Source: Octopus bimaculoides (lineage: Eukaryota). From it: 64,000 bases of DNA. The notes under the pieces are model-generated. The model did no database searches, had not been told where the DNA came from, and saw only the letters and a list, made by a program, of their open reading frames with translations. The DNA lies in assembly GCF_001194135.2 (NCBI RefSeq), contig NC_068990.1:63039620-63103619 (forward strand), given 5' to 3'. The position numbers and the translations under genes were made by a program. This document shows, piece after piece, positions 11,038 through 24,489 of the stretch (the stretch's first letter is position 1; every line of letters starts with the position of its first letter).

Positions 11038-12291
11038 GTATTCATGTTTGTGTCTACGTGCTCATATATATATATATATATATATATGCATGTAGGTATG
11101 TGTATATATACGTACATAGACACATGCGCACGCATCTATATATTTTTGTAAATGAAATAATAAAAAATATCACTTGTCTACGAAATAATGTCGATTAAAA
11201 ACATATTATTGCCGCAGGAGTAATGTAAATGTAAGCAATCTTTTATAAAATCAAAGGTGATTTAGTATATATTTCAGACGTTTATTGTCTTGAAAACATG
11301 ATTATATGGCATATAAATAAATAAACTTTTCTAACAAATGTTTTAGTCTTTCTTTTATACTTTTTTCATTTTCACTTAGTTCGGAGAGTACGGCAAAATG
11401 GTAGAATTATTAAACAGATGGACAATATGCCTAGCTGTAGAAAGTTATGTTTTTATTTGAAATTCCGTTGAGGTTAACGTTGCCTCTTGTGTTTGATAAA
11501 GTACTTGTTCCTTTTGCTGAGACCCACATATACAGAGGTGTGAAGAGAAGACTGTGTCTAGATACAATGCTTTGAAATTCTTATCTGAAGTCATTATGGA
11601 AAAGTAACTCACTGAAATCTGTACGAGTATAGGAAATGACTCAGTTTGTTACTGTAACATTACCTAACCAATTACTCTTTCAAAATATCCTAGGAATTAT
11701 AAAATTCATTATAAATACACAAAAGTAACATTTGTATTCAAATTAAGGTAAGAGAAGATCAGATGTTTACGAATACACACAAATTATATTATGTATTCCA
11801 GTACTGCCACTAGATAGATTCGTTAGGTGAGATGAATGTTTCACTAAAGCGTTCATAATATGAAACAGCTACCTATCAATTAACTAGTTATCAACAATAA
11901 TGTTTTAAAGCTGACAAAGTAGAATTTCGAAACACTGAATGTCTTAGAGGAAAAGGTATATAGCTCAAGGGTGATCCGTGACTTTATAGCAGAATTGTCT
12001 ACCAAATCATTTTCAGTAACAATAACATCAATGATGATCTTTTATCTTTATTTGCCACAAGGGATAATTCATTCAATAGGAAACGTATAACAAAGGGCTT
12101 ACATGATGTGCTGGCAGGAGAAAATGCAAGCAGCTTTGAAGTCCTACGCGCCCCGCTCTATCTCTATTTGATAAAAGGACGCGAGGGTCGAAAACGTATT
12201 TCATTTGTGCAGTATATTAGGCTATTAAAAATTAGAACAAATGCGGAAAAATTATTACGCACACTCATACATGTAAATGATTAGAGAAATC

Positions 12292-12333
<42 letters not shown>

Positions 12334-13245
12334 GAGCGAGACGGGTGTGTAGATATCAGTGGTATTTTCTGCATGAACTCGTGGCATGCAAAGCACATCT
12401 ATGACATAACAGAATAAAATAACAAGTCAGCTTTTATTTGAATAAATCTTACATGCTTAATGAATTATATGGTTTGATATTCAAGATTGCTTTTTCGGGG
12501 TTAATGTACCAGGAATAACTACTGGTATATGTTTCTCGTATATATATATATTCTAGTATTTCAACACTAAGGGAAGTCACTCTGAGTTAGTCATTGTTGT
12601 AGCGTTGACGTTTCACCGCAACCTTGGCGATCAATGCTATTTCTTATTTAAGTATAAGTTTCAAAGCTGAGTCAACGAAGAGGAGTTCCAACCAGATGAA
12701 ATTTTCAAGACGTTTAAATGCAAGTCTCCGATATCCAACTGGCTAAAAAGTGTCAGCAGAAGGGTATCCAGGAGTCATGATCTGGATGCGGCCCGTCTCA
12801 CCCGGCCCACTTAAAGTGTGAGAATTTAAAGGCCGAAACACTTGTATGAGAAGACCTTCAACTGTTCAGCCTTCTTTCTAAGCAGCATACGCACGCGCGC
12901 GCACAAATATACACGAACACGCACATATAATACATACATACATATACATGCCGGAAACAAGTAAAAGAATAAAAGAATATATATATATATANNNNNNNNN
13001 NNNNNNNNNNNNATATATATAAGTGGTTCGTAATGAAGCGTGAAGTGAAGCACAAAAAGAACACATCTAGTCCAAACTCAAGAACTAAACCACTTCTCCA
13101 GTGAAACAAGCATATTGTTATCGGGATAGCTATGAGAGAGCTTGCTTCTAGTGATTCTCATTGTTGAAGGAACTTGCCCTAGCACGCTGGGTGTGTCTCG
13201 GCAAGTGATTGTAACAAACATACAGAATGAATGTAAGTAAGTAAG

Positions 13246-13634
13246 GTGCTGCTGTTGGCACTCCGTCGCTTACGACGTCGAGGGTTCCAGTTGATCCTAT
13301 CAACGGAATAGCCTGCTCGTGAAATTAACGTGCAAGTGGCTGAGCACTCCACAGACACGTGTACCCTTAACGTAGTTCTCGGGGATATTCAGCGTGATAC
13401 AGTGTGACAAGGCTGACCCTTTGTATTACAGGCACAATAGAAACAGAAAGTAAGAGTGAGAGAAAGTTGTGGTGGAAGAGTACAGCAGGGATCACCACCA
13501 CCTCCTGCCGGAGCCTCGTGGAACTTTAGGTGTTTTCGCTCAATAAACACTCAGAACGCCCGGTCTCGGAATCGAAACCGCGATCCTATGACCGCGAGTC
13601 CGCTGCCCTAACCACTGGGCCATTGCGCCTCCAC
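13246..13634 (-). mobile_element. Full-length tRNA-derived SINE family B, copy 1
   Basis: Minus head GGAGGCGCAATGGCCCAGTGGTTAGGG...GTTTCGATTCC; flanked by aagtaagtaag at 13235-13245 and 13635-13645. Confidence 0.9.
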
Positions 13635-13717
13635 AAGTAAGTAAGTAAGTAATAATAAAAATAATAATAATAATAATGATAATCATAATAATAGTAATTA
13701 TAATAATAATAATAATG

Positions 13718-13778
<61 letters not shown>

Positions 13779-13779
<1 letters not shown>

Positions 13780-13989
13780 TGATTACTACCTAGATCAGAT
13801 TCCAGGAAACCTCAAAATGGCTGAAGTTCAAAAGATAGTGCTCATGGGAACTGCCCATATCCTACGTAAAATACTGTCTATGTGATCTCAAATTTTAAAG
13901 CAAACACATAATTTTCTTATGGTTTCTTAAACATTCACTTGAACAAAACTGTACAAATCCAAATATATGGTACCCTAGGCATAATACCT
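13779..13989 (+). mobile_element. R4/Dong-like RLE-LINE 3' end following (TAA)n; cut by a gap
   Basis: YLDQIPGNLKMAEVQKIVLMGTAHILRKILSM* plus 3' UTR. Confidence 0.8.
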
Positions 13990-14260
13990 NNNNNNNNNNN
14001 NNNNNNNNNNNNAAGAAGAAGAAGAAGAAGAAGAAGAAGAAGAATGTTAATACCTTCCCCCTTTATTTTCTTTGTTAACTTTTGTATTTTTTATTTTTCT
14101 GTCTTTCTTCCCCTTTTTCTTTATCACATGACTTTGTAGATGAACAATTTGGCATGTTCATTTTAATGGCCTACCAATGTAAACAGTGCGCTTTCTCAGT
14201 ACTAGGTGTTAGGAAGACACTCGGCAAGAAATGGAAACGGACCTGAAAGGTGATAATGAA

Positions 14261-14319
<59 letters not shown>

Positions 14320-14320
14320 T

Positions 14321-14486
14321 GGTATATAACGTATAGAAGTAGCACTACTAGGTGTCGCGCTCATCCTACATGAAGTACTTTCAATACAGTGAAAATAAAA
14401 ACACCACAACAAACCACAGCACATACCCAAGGCACACCGAGCTGCGCTCGATAGTGCAGTGAAAGCACGTGATAAAAATAAGACTG

Positions 14487-14489
<3 letters not shown>
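14321..14489 (+). mobile_element. R4/Dong-like 3' end of another family, between two (TAA)n arrays
   Basis: 14333-14392 reads IEVALLGVALILHEVLSIQ*, a decayed K.ALLGTA.ILR..LS terminus. Confidence 0.6.
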
Positions 14490-14520
<31 letters not shown>

Positions 14521-14529
14521 GTGTGTGTA

Positions 14530-14564
<35 letters not shown>

Positions 14565-14950
14565 TGAGAAAGAAATTGATAGCTTGTTTCCTATAGGGTA
14601 TGTTTAGGCTTAAAAGAGTGATATTATATAAGCCTTTCATTCAATGAATAATTTCAACAATAATCGAAAGAGAAAACAGAAAAAGCTGGAAATAAAAGTT
14701 AAGCATATGTAACATTAATGTGCTAGTGTACATATACGAGGTTGTGAAATTGTTAGGTGAAGGGAGAAGGAAAGAGAGATATAAAGCATGTGAGAGGGGG
14801 AGAAATATAGTCTTAGACAGGGAAAAGTGTTTAGTGGAGCGGAGTGCGGTAGAGGTGAATGAGAGGAGATAGGAAACACTATTATGTTAATCGGTTAAAT
14901 ACTCAGTTTGAGGAAGATGCGCGCACGTACACACACACATATACACACAC

Positions 14951-15163
14951 CGTTAGCACACCGGGCGAAATGCTTAGCGTTATTTCGTCTGCCCGCTACG
15001 TTCTGAGTTCAAATTCCGCCGAGGTCGACTTTGCCTTTCATCCTTTCGAGGTCGATTAAATAAGTACCAGTTACGCACTGGGGTCGATATAATCGATTTA
15101 ATCCGTTTGTCTGTCCTTGTTTGTCCCCTCTGTGTGTAGCCCCTTGTGGGTAGTAAAGAAATA
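14951..15163 (+). mobile_element. SINE family A, well-preserved copy inside a (CA)n tract
   Basis: B box GAGTTCAAATTCC 15005-15017; ttgcctttcatcctttcgaggtcgat resembles the Deu/Nin SINE domain (from memory). Confidence 0.9.
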
Positions 15164-16367
15164 ACACACACACATATTCACACACGCACACACACACACA
15201 AATTCACACACGCACACATACACAGACACATATACACGCACGCACGCACTCACACACACACACACACGCACACATACACGCACATCACGAATTCACACAT
15301 GCACCCTGAAAGACAGGCTGATGATTATAGAGAAGTGTGTTTTCCGGAAGAAACGCGGTAGGGATGAGACTAAAGTAAAGTGAGATCTACTAATATATAA
15401 TCACACCCATCCAACCTCGCACACACATACATATGATATGGTGAGAGCAGGAGTAACTATTAAAGTTATAATTGTGTCAGAAATAGGGATATTGGTTAAT
15501 GAAGGTGGATGCTATGAAAAGTGAAGTGTTTTGTTACTGTGCTATTTCTTTTTAATTCATCAATTACGTAGCCCATGCGTTTAAGTGAAATGAATTGTCG
15601 TCTGCTAAACAAGAATTTTCTTTTGGCTGAAATACAATTTTATTCGGCTCAGTTTAGGAACATCATGCCCTAATTAGGGAACGAAATCGAAAGTAGAAAA
15701 TTTGCATTATTCGTAAGACAAACGACCGATAAAATATGGAAAGAAGTCGACAACATAACTTATTAGAAATACATTTCTATTCATTTCTATCATCCATAAA
15801 GCAATCCTTAGTCAAATAAGGATTTAGTTTAGAATATCAGCCCCAGTATCTATTTATTCAAGTTTGATACTTGTTTTACCAATGTCTATTTCTCTAAATG
15901 CTATGGTATAGTACAGAAAATAAACCACACCAATCCCATTGAATACAACGAAATTTTACGCATTACAAGTAGAAGAAAAAAAACAAGCAATTGGAATTCG
16001 GAATAAATAAAACAAAACGATTATAGTGTGTAACTGATAATTGGTTTTTGATTTATAAATTATTATTGCACACAAAATATATTAAATAAAGAGTAATACG
16101 GGCGTCTGTCTGATGTCTTTCATATGAATCAACAATATAAACATTGGCAGACGTACGATGCTCTTTGATGAAATTCTTGGTACGTTTTCAATGTAATCAC
16201 CATAGGAATATATATGGTCCAGAACCAGTTTTCTGTCACATGGTTCGTACCAAACATAAAAAAACACCTGTCTCTCATTGATAGGCATATGAGTTGTGGA
16301 CGATAGAAATTGAGAAATTGGGGAAAATTAATTTTAAAAATCTAATTGTGAATGCATAAATGCTTAT

Positions 16368-16757
16368 CTTGTTGTTGTTGGCACTCCGTCGCTTACGACG
16401 TCGAGGGTTCCTGTTGGTCCGATCAACGGAACAGCCTGATCGTGAAATTAACGTGCAAGTGGCTGAGCACTCCACAGACACGTGTACCCTTAACGTAGTT
16501 CTTGGGGATATTCAGCGTGACACAGTGTGACAAGGCTGACCCTTTGAATTACAGGCACAACAGAAACAGGAAGTAAGAGTGAGAGAAAGTTGTGGTGAAA
16601 GAGTACAGCAGGGTTCGCCACCATCCCCTGCCGGAGCCTTGTGGAGCTTTAAGCGTTTTCGCTCAATAAACACTCACAACGCTCGGTCTGGGTATCGAAA
16701 CCACGATCCTATCACCGCGAGTCCGCTGCCCTAACCACTGGGCCATTGCGCCTCCAC
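16368..16757 (-). mobile_element. SINE family B, copy 2, with 10-bp TSD
   Basis: aaatgcttat at 16358-16367 and 16758-16767; near-identical to the other two copies. Confidence 0.92.
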
Positions 16758-17312
16758 AAATGCTTATAATAACCAATAATAAGAGACAAAATTTGAAATA
16801 AAACAACGCATATAAAGACTTGGATACATTTTTGTCTTTCTTATGAAAATATTTTCCTAGATAGGATGCTGCAGAAACTATTAGAGTTCTAGAAACTTGA
16901 AATTTAGATAAACAGCGCGTAGGCTTGATAGTGAAAACATTGAAAATAATTGGTAAGACATAATAATTAACTAAAACTTAAAAAACTATATCAGAACTCA
17001 CAACAATAAACAATCGAAAAAGAACCCTGCTAAATAAAACATCATACTATATTAAAGGTACAAACAATTGAAAAGCACGTCTCAAACTGTACGTTTTCTT
17101 TCAGTATCAAAGCTTTCTTTCTGTATCAAAGTCTTCATGTTTAAATAATATGAAAAGTGGAAAACTTTGAAGATTTTCGTCGGAGCGATTTCAGCTGCAG
17201 ATAACAACAGCAACAACAACAACAACAACAACAACAACATCATCATCAACAACAACAACAACAACAACAACAACATCAACAACATCAACAACAACAATAA
17301 AAATAATAATAA

Positions 17313-17614
17313 TTGTGCCAAAGGAACCTTGAAAAGAGGAAAACTAGTTAAGAGTAGCAACATCGCACAAGATAAAGCCAATGAAATAAGAGAACTAGAC
17401 CAAAGCCAGACATAGAAATACTTGAAAGACATTTTAAGAAGATTGGAGCTGCTGTCAGGCTTGAGGTGATCCAGAACACAGCATTGTTGGGTACAGCTCG
17501 CATTCTAAGGAGAGTATTGTCTCCTTGAGTCACAGGATAAGGTACTACTTGAAACCTTTGGTGATATGTTGTTGCCTGCTTCCAAGTAAATAATTAAGAA
17601 GTATCCAAGAATCT

Positions 17615-17616
<2 letters not shown>
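17313..17616 (+). mobile_element. Internally deleted R4/Dong-like fragment
   Basis: CAKGTLKRGKLVKSSNI...ELDQSQT*KYL joined to KIGAAVRLEVIQNTALLGTARILRRVLSP*, then 3' UTR and (TAA)n. Confidence 0.75.
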
Positions 17617-17652
<36 letters not shown>

Positions 17653-17692
17653 TTATTATTATTATTATTATTTTATTATTATTATTATTATT

Positions 17693-17974
17693 TTATGTTT
17701 GACTTTTGTTTTGCATTTATACAAGTTGGATCCAAGTCTAACCCAGAGACCTCAAGAGACAACAAGTTAGAAGTTCATGTAGGTGTTATGCCTAGGGTAC
17801 CATATATTTGGATTTGTACAGTTTTGTTCAAGTGAATGTTTAAGAAACCATAAGAAAATTATGTGTTTGCTTTAAAATTTGAGATCACATAGACAGTATT
17901 TTACGTAGGATATGGGCAGTTCCCATGAGCACTATCTTTTGAACTTCAGCCATTTTGGGGTTTCCTGGAATCTG

Positions 17975-17976
<2 letters not shown>
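17693..17976 (-). mobile_element. R4/Dong-like 3' end, inverted twin of 13794-13989
   Basis: 17781-17976 is the reverse complement of 13794-13989 with 2 mismatches in 196 bp. Confidence 0.9.
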
Positions 17977-18011
<35 letters not shown>

Positions 18012-18034
18012 TATTATTATTATTTTTATTATTA

Positions 18035-18082
<48 letters not shown>

Positions 18083-18089
18083 CATTATT

Positions 18090-18131
<42 letters not shown>

Positions 18132-18569
18132 GTCATCATCATCATCATCACTCGTGCGACATGTGTAAACACGCTCGCCACATTACGATCCAATCAACAT
18201 CAGACCATTTCCGTCTTCAGCCACAATGCACAAAAAAAAAGGAAAAATAAATTAGATAATACCTGTATTATTTAACCAGAGGAAACAAACGAGAAGTATA
18301 TACTTTAAACTTGTTAAACAAAAAGTACGAAGAACCACAGGTGAAAAACCATTTGACAACAGAAATTAAACGGACCAGTACCTTACGAAAATGATGACCA
18401 TCAAAATAAAGGACCGGACGTTATTCCTCATGTCCCGCAAATAAAATCAAAAATGCATAAATGTACACGTGAAGAATATATTTCAATCCTACATGCTTAT
18501 TTTACAGCAGTACTCTACATACTGAACGAAAACACAACAACATATACATATAAAATCTGGAAGAAAAAT

Positions 18570-19601
18570 AACTTAAATAAAGATTTGGATTTGCGGTGAA
18601 AGAACAGCTAAAGCAAGACATCCTCGCCAAAGTACAACGAATCCACCGGTCTTAGAAACGCCAGCGTTTCTTTGAACAAACAAAAATTCAACTCCAACCC
18701 CAAAAGATTCTGCCAAGGACTTGGCAAAAATAAAATAGAGATCAGTGCAGCACCAATAGAAGAAGAAGTGGGAGAATTGTCCGAATCTCGTGGAGGCTGT
18801 AAATTTTTGGACAGTATCATTACTTAGATACTCAGCAGTTTTTGCAGATTGGACAAAAACTGAATTAGCAAAGCTAGACAGAAGAACTAGGAAGGAATTC
18901 AATATGAATGGAAGACTCCACTCAAGGGCAGGGTAGCAAGATTATTACTTACTTAGAAAGGAAGGTGGAAGAGGACCAATATCAGAAGACTACATGGAGT
19001 TATTTCGAGTAGATATAGACTCCTATGTAGATAACAGCTAAGAAAGTTTATTAGGAGCTGCTCGAGTCACAGCAAGACATTGGGAAGCCTAAAACTCCAA
19101 ACGAAGTTAAAAACCAGAAAAAAGAATAAAAGTTATCTGATTGGCAAGAGAAGGCTTTGCATGACAAATTCCCAAAGACTTGCAGCAAATAATAGTTGTG
19201 AGATATGGTTATGTTCGGAGAATTGAAGGCTGAAAAGGGAGACAGAAAGTTTGCTAGTAGTTGCACAAGATCAAACATTAAGAAATAATTGGATAAAAGC
19301 CAAGCTAGACAAAAAACAAGTAGATTCCCAGTGTAGGTTATGCAAAAAAAAAAAAAGGAGGAAAGTATTATTCATATAGTCAGTGAATGTCGCATGCTGG
19401 CACAGAAAGAATACAAGAAAAGACATGACAAACTAGGTAGAGTAATCCTCTGGGAGTTATGTAGAAAGCAGGTAGGATTTGACCATACTGATAAATGGTA
19501 TGAACATGAACCTAGTAAAGTACTACAAAGTAAGAAATATAAGATGTTGTGGGACTTTAACATTCAGACTGACAGAGTAATAGAAGCTAGAAGGCCTGAT
19601 T

Positions 19602-19658
<57 letters not shown>

Positions 19659-20016
19659 ATAAAGGGAACAAAAAGTACCAGATAATTGACTTTACAGTCC
19701 TAAATGATGAAAAGATCGATATGAGAAGTATAAAGAAAATAGAAAAGTACCAGGACCCAGCCATTGAATTGCAGTGACTATGGAAAGTGTGGGTAAATAT
19801 ATTCCAGCAGTTATAGGTGCATTAGGAAATATCCCTAATCATTTGAACAGATGGATAGAGGAAATACGCATAAAACCCAGTTCAGTACAGCTCCAGAAAA
19901 CAGTGTTTTTAGGGACAGCTAGGATACCTAGAAGGGTTCTTGGCATCTAATGTTACTTGTAGCTCGATTTTTGGAATTTTTCTTTTCCAACAGTCTAATT
20001 TGTTGTGTGTATATGG
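18570..20016 (+). mobile_element. R4/Dong-like RLE-LINE lacking the RT core
   Basis: N-terminal KQDILAKVQRIHR; post-RT AVNFWTVSLLRYS...RKEGGRG; CCHC knuckle CRLC..EESIIHIVSEC; RLE motif RPDLVVVD; 3' (TAA)n. Confidence 0.9.
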
Positions 20017-20062
<46 letters not shown>

Positions 20063-21689
20063 TGATAAGAAGAAGAAGAAGAAGAAGAAGAAAAAAAAAG
20101 GAGAAGGAGAAGAAAAACAACAATAATAGTAACAACAAACAACGACGTGGACGACAGCAATGAGGACGACGATGATGACGCGAGGACGACGATGATGATG
20201 GCATAAAACTAAGTATGAGCAAGAGAAAATTTTCAAGAACCAAAACCTATGTAGTTGTTATTTAGCACATAGTATATGAAACAAAAATAGGTGAGAGCAG
20301 CAAAAAATATAGCAAGGATAAACGATGCAAAACTTATTCTTTCGTATCAAAATATATTTACAAAAAACAAAAAAAACAAAAAAATTACACGAACGGATTT
20401 AGAAACAAATCAAAAGCGTACAGTATCGCAACTCCGCGCTATTGAGAAAAATCTCTAAGTACTTACTCAATTAATATTTAGTCGAAATTATTTTAGAAAA
20501 GAATATGATTTATAAACAGCCGAAAGTAAGAAGGGAAATTTTAAAAATATCTGAATGGCATTTTCTCTGAAAGAAAATATCAAAGAGGAAACAGTAATAC
20601 AAATAATATCGATTTTACATTTTGGCATAATTGACAAAAAAAGAAAGTTTAATTTTATGTGTACGGAGGTATAATCGAGTAAATCAACACCAATATTCAA
20701 CCAAAGCATAATTTATTGGCTCCAAAAAAAAAAAAAAGAGACACGAAGGACAAATTAAAACCCAGAATGTAAAAGTTCGTAGCCACTGCAAATCAGTTAG
20801 TCCAGTAATCTTTGGATTCTGCCAACTACTCTTATTGTAATATAAGTAAAGTGCACTGAAACATATATACGGCACATTTACGGCACAGACGCATTATATA
20901 ATCATGGTATTTTTTTACAGGTTAGCAATTCTTAGCCTCAGCAACATATCATAATTGATGTAATAAAAAGTAAAGAACAAATATCGAACCTTGCTCTGTA
21001 AAGTAATAATATACATAAAAATATCTAACGCAAATCTCTTAGAAAGTACAGTAGGAAGCAGCTAATTAAACCGACAAAATTAGTTCTAAACAAACTTATT
21101 GTGCATGCATGTGAAGTAAAAATAATTACACAGCAAATAGTATAGGTATAAATCGGGAAACAAAAGCTACAGCGTATAAACTGACTGATTCTTTTGGAAG
21201 AGAAAACACTGAGAAATTAACAAAACAAACCTGAGAATAAATACTAGAAATGCAGTATTCACCATTCAACGTTCAGCATTTAACGTTAAACAATGTTATC
21301 GATATATGTTTAAGATCTAATATAGAAATACAAAATTGTTGACAAAGGAAGAAAATAAATTACATGTAACATGAAATCGAAAGAACAAAGAAAACTAGAA
21401 TCTCGTGAAACAAAAAAAAAGTGGTAGTACAGAAGATGCAAGATATGAGAAACAAACAAAAGCAAAAAATAGATATTGCCGGGAATATATAAAATTAAAA
21501 ATTTACAGATAAATTCGTAAATATTTTCCTTGTACACATACACACATACAAACATTGATAGAATAATTTTTACCAAGATCAGAAGCCCAGTTTATACGGA
21601 AATAGTTGCTGTGAAAATGAGAGGAACAAAGAAGAAGAAAATATCTACTGGGTTATTGACCCCCGAATCAAGTGAGTTGTATATATTAT

Positions 21690-22480
21690 CTCTATGGGTT
21701 ATAAGGTACATAGAACTTGGATGCTACTCAAATGCTCAACACAGAAAGTATCTTAAAAACAAATACCTTTATATTACAAATGAAATACTTCAAGAAAATG
21801 TAAACCCCATTGCTGCTATTCTGCTTGGCACGTGCTCCATTAAATATAGCATGAATCCACTCAGGAAGTGGCAATGAGATTTGTGGTTCCAAGATCAGTC
21901 ATTTGCTCTACATGGGAAACATCAAACAGAGATACTCCTCAAAGATACAGTTAAAAAAATATCTTCTAAACTGTAAAACTTCACAGCTTCGATATCCGTA
22001 ACGATTTTGTTTATTGCATATATACTAGACACACTTTTAATGTAAGAAATTGATTAAATAGTAAACACTGATAATAAAATCAACCATGCAGAGACATATT
22101 TAGAAACATTAAAAGATGTATAGCTGTCTGGGGATTGGTGGAAACCAACAAATACAAGTTAACAAAATAAGAAAACTATTCTGAAAGGAATATATCTGGA
22201 CTGAATATGATGCTCCTGAAGAATGAACTTAATTTAAAATAATAAATGGAACCCAAATATACTTTAGAAGTCCTGGCATTAATCTACAGCTTGAATGTGA
22301 TAAGCTACAAGCGACACAGCAACTGGAGGCGAAAAGAAAATATCGCAAATTAACTGACATTGGATGAAGGAAGATGCTCTTAACAACGACAAAAGAAAGA
22401 CAAGAATTATTAGAATCAACTGTAAAGCATGAAAAACTACCAAAGTTATATTCAATATGCGCAGGTAACAGAATTACTTG
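21690..22480 (+). mobile_element. Highly decayed R4/Dong-like RT fragment
   Basis: PLLLFCLARAPL (near 21805) and KISHLLYMGNIK (near 21890), resembling SPLLFCLAL.PL and SHLLYMDD. Confidence 0.55.
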
Positions 22481-22651
22481 TCAGTAAAGAACTTCAACTC
22501 TGCTACCGACTTGTGCGGTGAAAGCTGACAATCAGGAAGCCTTGAGAGAAGAATCAACAAATTAAAATTCTGCGAAAATAATGTGAATAAAATTGGAGGG
22601 TAAGGTTTCTCACTACAAATCGTCTTTACTGCTAAAGTAATTTGGAGATAA

Positions 22652-23006
22652 TATGGGTTTCAAATTTTTGCACAAGGTCAGCAGAGTAGGGGAGGAGTAA
22701 ATCGATTACGTCGTCTCCAGTGCTCGATTGGTACTTATCGACTCCGGAAGGCTTAGCCGACGTCGACTGAATTTGAACACAGAACGTAAAGACGGAGGAA
22801 ATGCCCCTAAGCATTATGCCCGGCTTGCTAACAATTCTCCCAGCTCGCCACCTTTTACTTGGCGATAATATTAATAAGAATTCCTACTATAAGCAAAAGA
22901 TCTGAAAGTTTCGTGGGTGGGGCTAGTCACTTTCATCTTCCCCATTTCTCAATTAGTGTTTATTTTATTGACCCCGGAAGGATGAAAGGCAAACTTGACT
23001 TCAGAG
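22652..23006 (-). mobile_element. SINE family A copy plus an adjacent partial copy
   Basis: aatttgaacacagaacgt...ctaacaattctcccagctcgccacc; second piece ggatgaaaggcaaacttgacttc. Confidence 0.7.
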
Positions 23007-24489
23007 GTAAATAATGATTTCTAAAATAGAAGTAAAATTACAAAATCTAACGGGTGAAATAGACGGTTTAATTAACTGTTTCTTACATTCTCGACATCAG
23101 AAATATGAAAGAGAAAGTCTTGTCCGGTGGGATTTGTATGTCAATTGAAAAGGGAATTAACTAACTACGACATGAAGTTTTTATTCTGACACTCTAGTGA
23201 GTCTTATAGCCTTTACCTTTAAATATAATGATAATTCATAATATTGTTTGCGTTAATTGAATTGTAAAACGTTCAGCCAAACGCTTTAAAATTAGTATGC
23301 AAGAGGTTATTTGAAAGGGTACGTCCTTAACATACAGAATGTCATAAACAAATGCAAAGCAGTTTTATCGTAAATCTAAATGTTTGCTTCAAACTAACTT
23401 GCATTGTTGATCAGCAACACATTATTTTTGCTAGTCATATTTAAGCTGTCAGTCTTAATTTGTGTAATTAACAGTTCATAAGTCGATTTATCAACTAGTA
23501 GCTTGGACAAAGTGATTCTATACCCGTGAATCTGAAATCTGTACGCCTTTAAAGCTGAAGTGATAAATATATATTATACTGTGGCTAAGTGCACCGAGAG
23601 AATTCTAAGATATTACATTACAGCTAGTAAGGTTAAGAAAATCACCTTTTCCTCCAGCTATTCAACAGTGAACAACTCTCAGCATTTTACATGTTTCTAA
23701 TTAATGTAAATTGGTTATATGAATTAGCGAGTTCCTAAGAGGTGAGATAAGTTTGTCAGTAAATGTTTCAAGAATTTTACTCACAGTATTCCATTGCTTT
23801 TCTTCGGACCAGTAATTTATATAGCTTATTTGCATGATATTCTTTACAAATATTCTCCCTGGGCACATTGCCAAACGATGCTATAGTTAAGTGTACAGTG
23901 ATTTACCTAATCGCTAAGGCCGAACCAGGTTAATAGATGTAACACATAAATAATGACTTCGTTTTCACTAGGCCAAGTTCCAATGTGATTCTAGTGTATG
24001 AAGGTATATTAATTATCCTCAAGAAGAGATGATAGGCAAAGTGTACGCGAGTAAAAGTTTGCGTCACAACAGTGAGAAAGAACGATATGCACTTTAAATA
24101 GCCTAGTCCACCTCATAAGCAACACGCGTATTTCATGCATCAAACAGCAGCATTTAATAAGAGATTATATTTAGTACACAATCCAAACGTTTCTAAGGAT
24201 TTTTATTCCTTAGTGAAATTTTCATTGAAATACAAAGAAACCAAAGCCTGTAAAAAAAGTGCTAAAATTAGCGAAAGGACAACATAAAGGGATTGTACCG
24301 ATTCTTAAATTTTTATTCTAGAAATAACAAGTAATAACAAGTCTATACTGATTTAGGATAAAATACTATATTTTGCAATATCAAGCAGAAAACGTACTAT
24401 TCTGGGTGACAGTGGCACATAGCGATGGCAATGAAGGTATAAGAATACTAATGATAATAATAATAGAGCAAATGCGGAAAAGGAAACTA

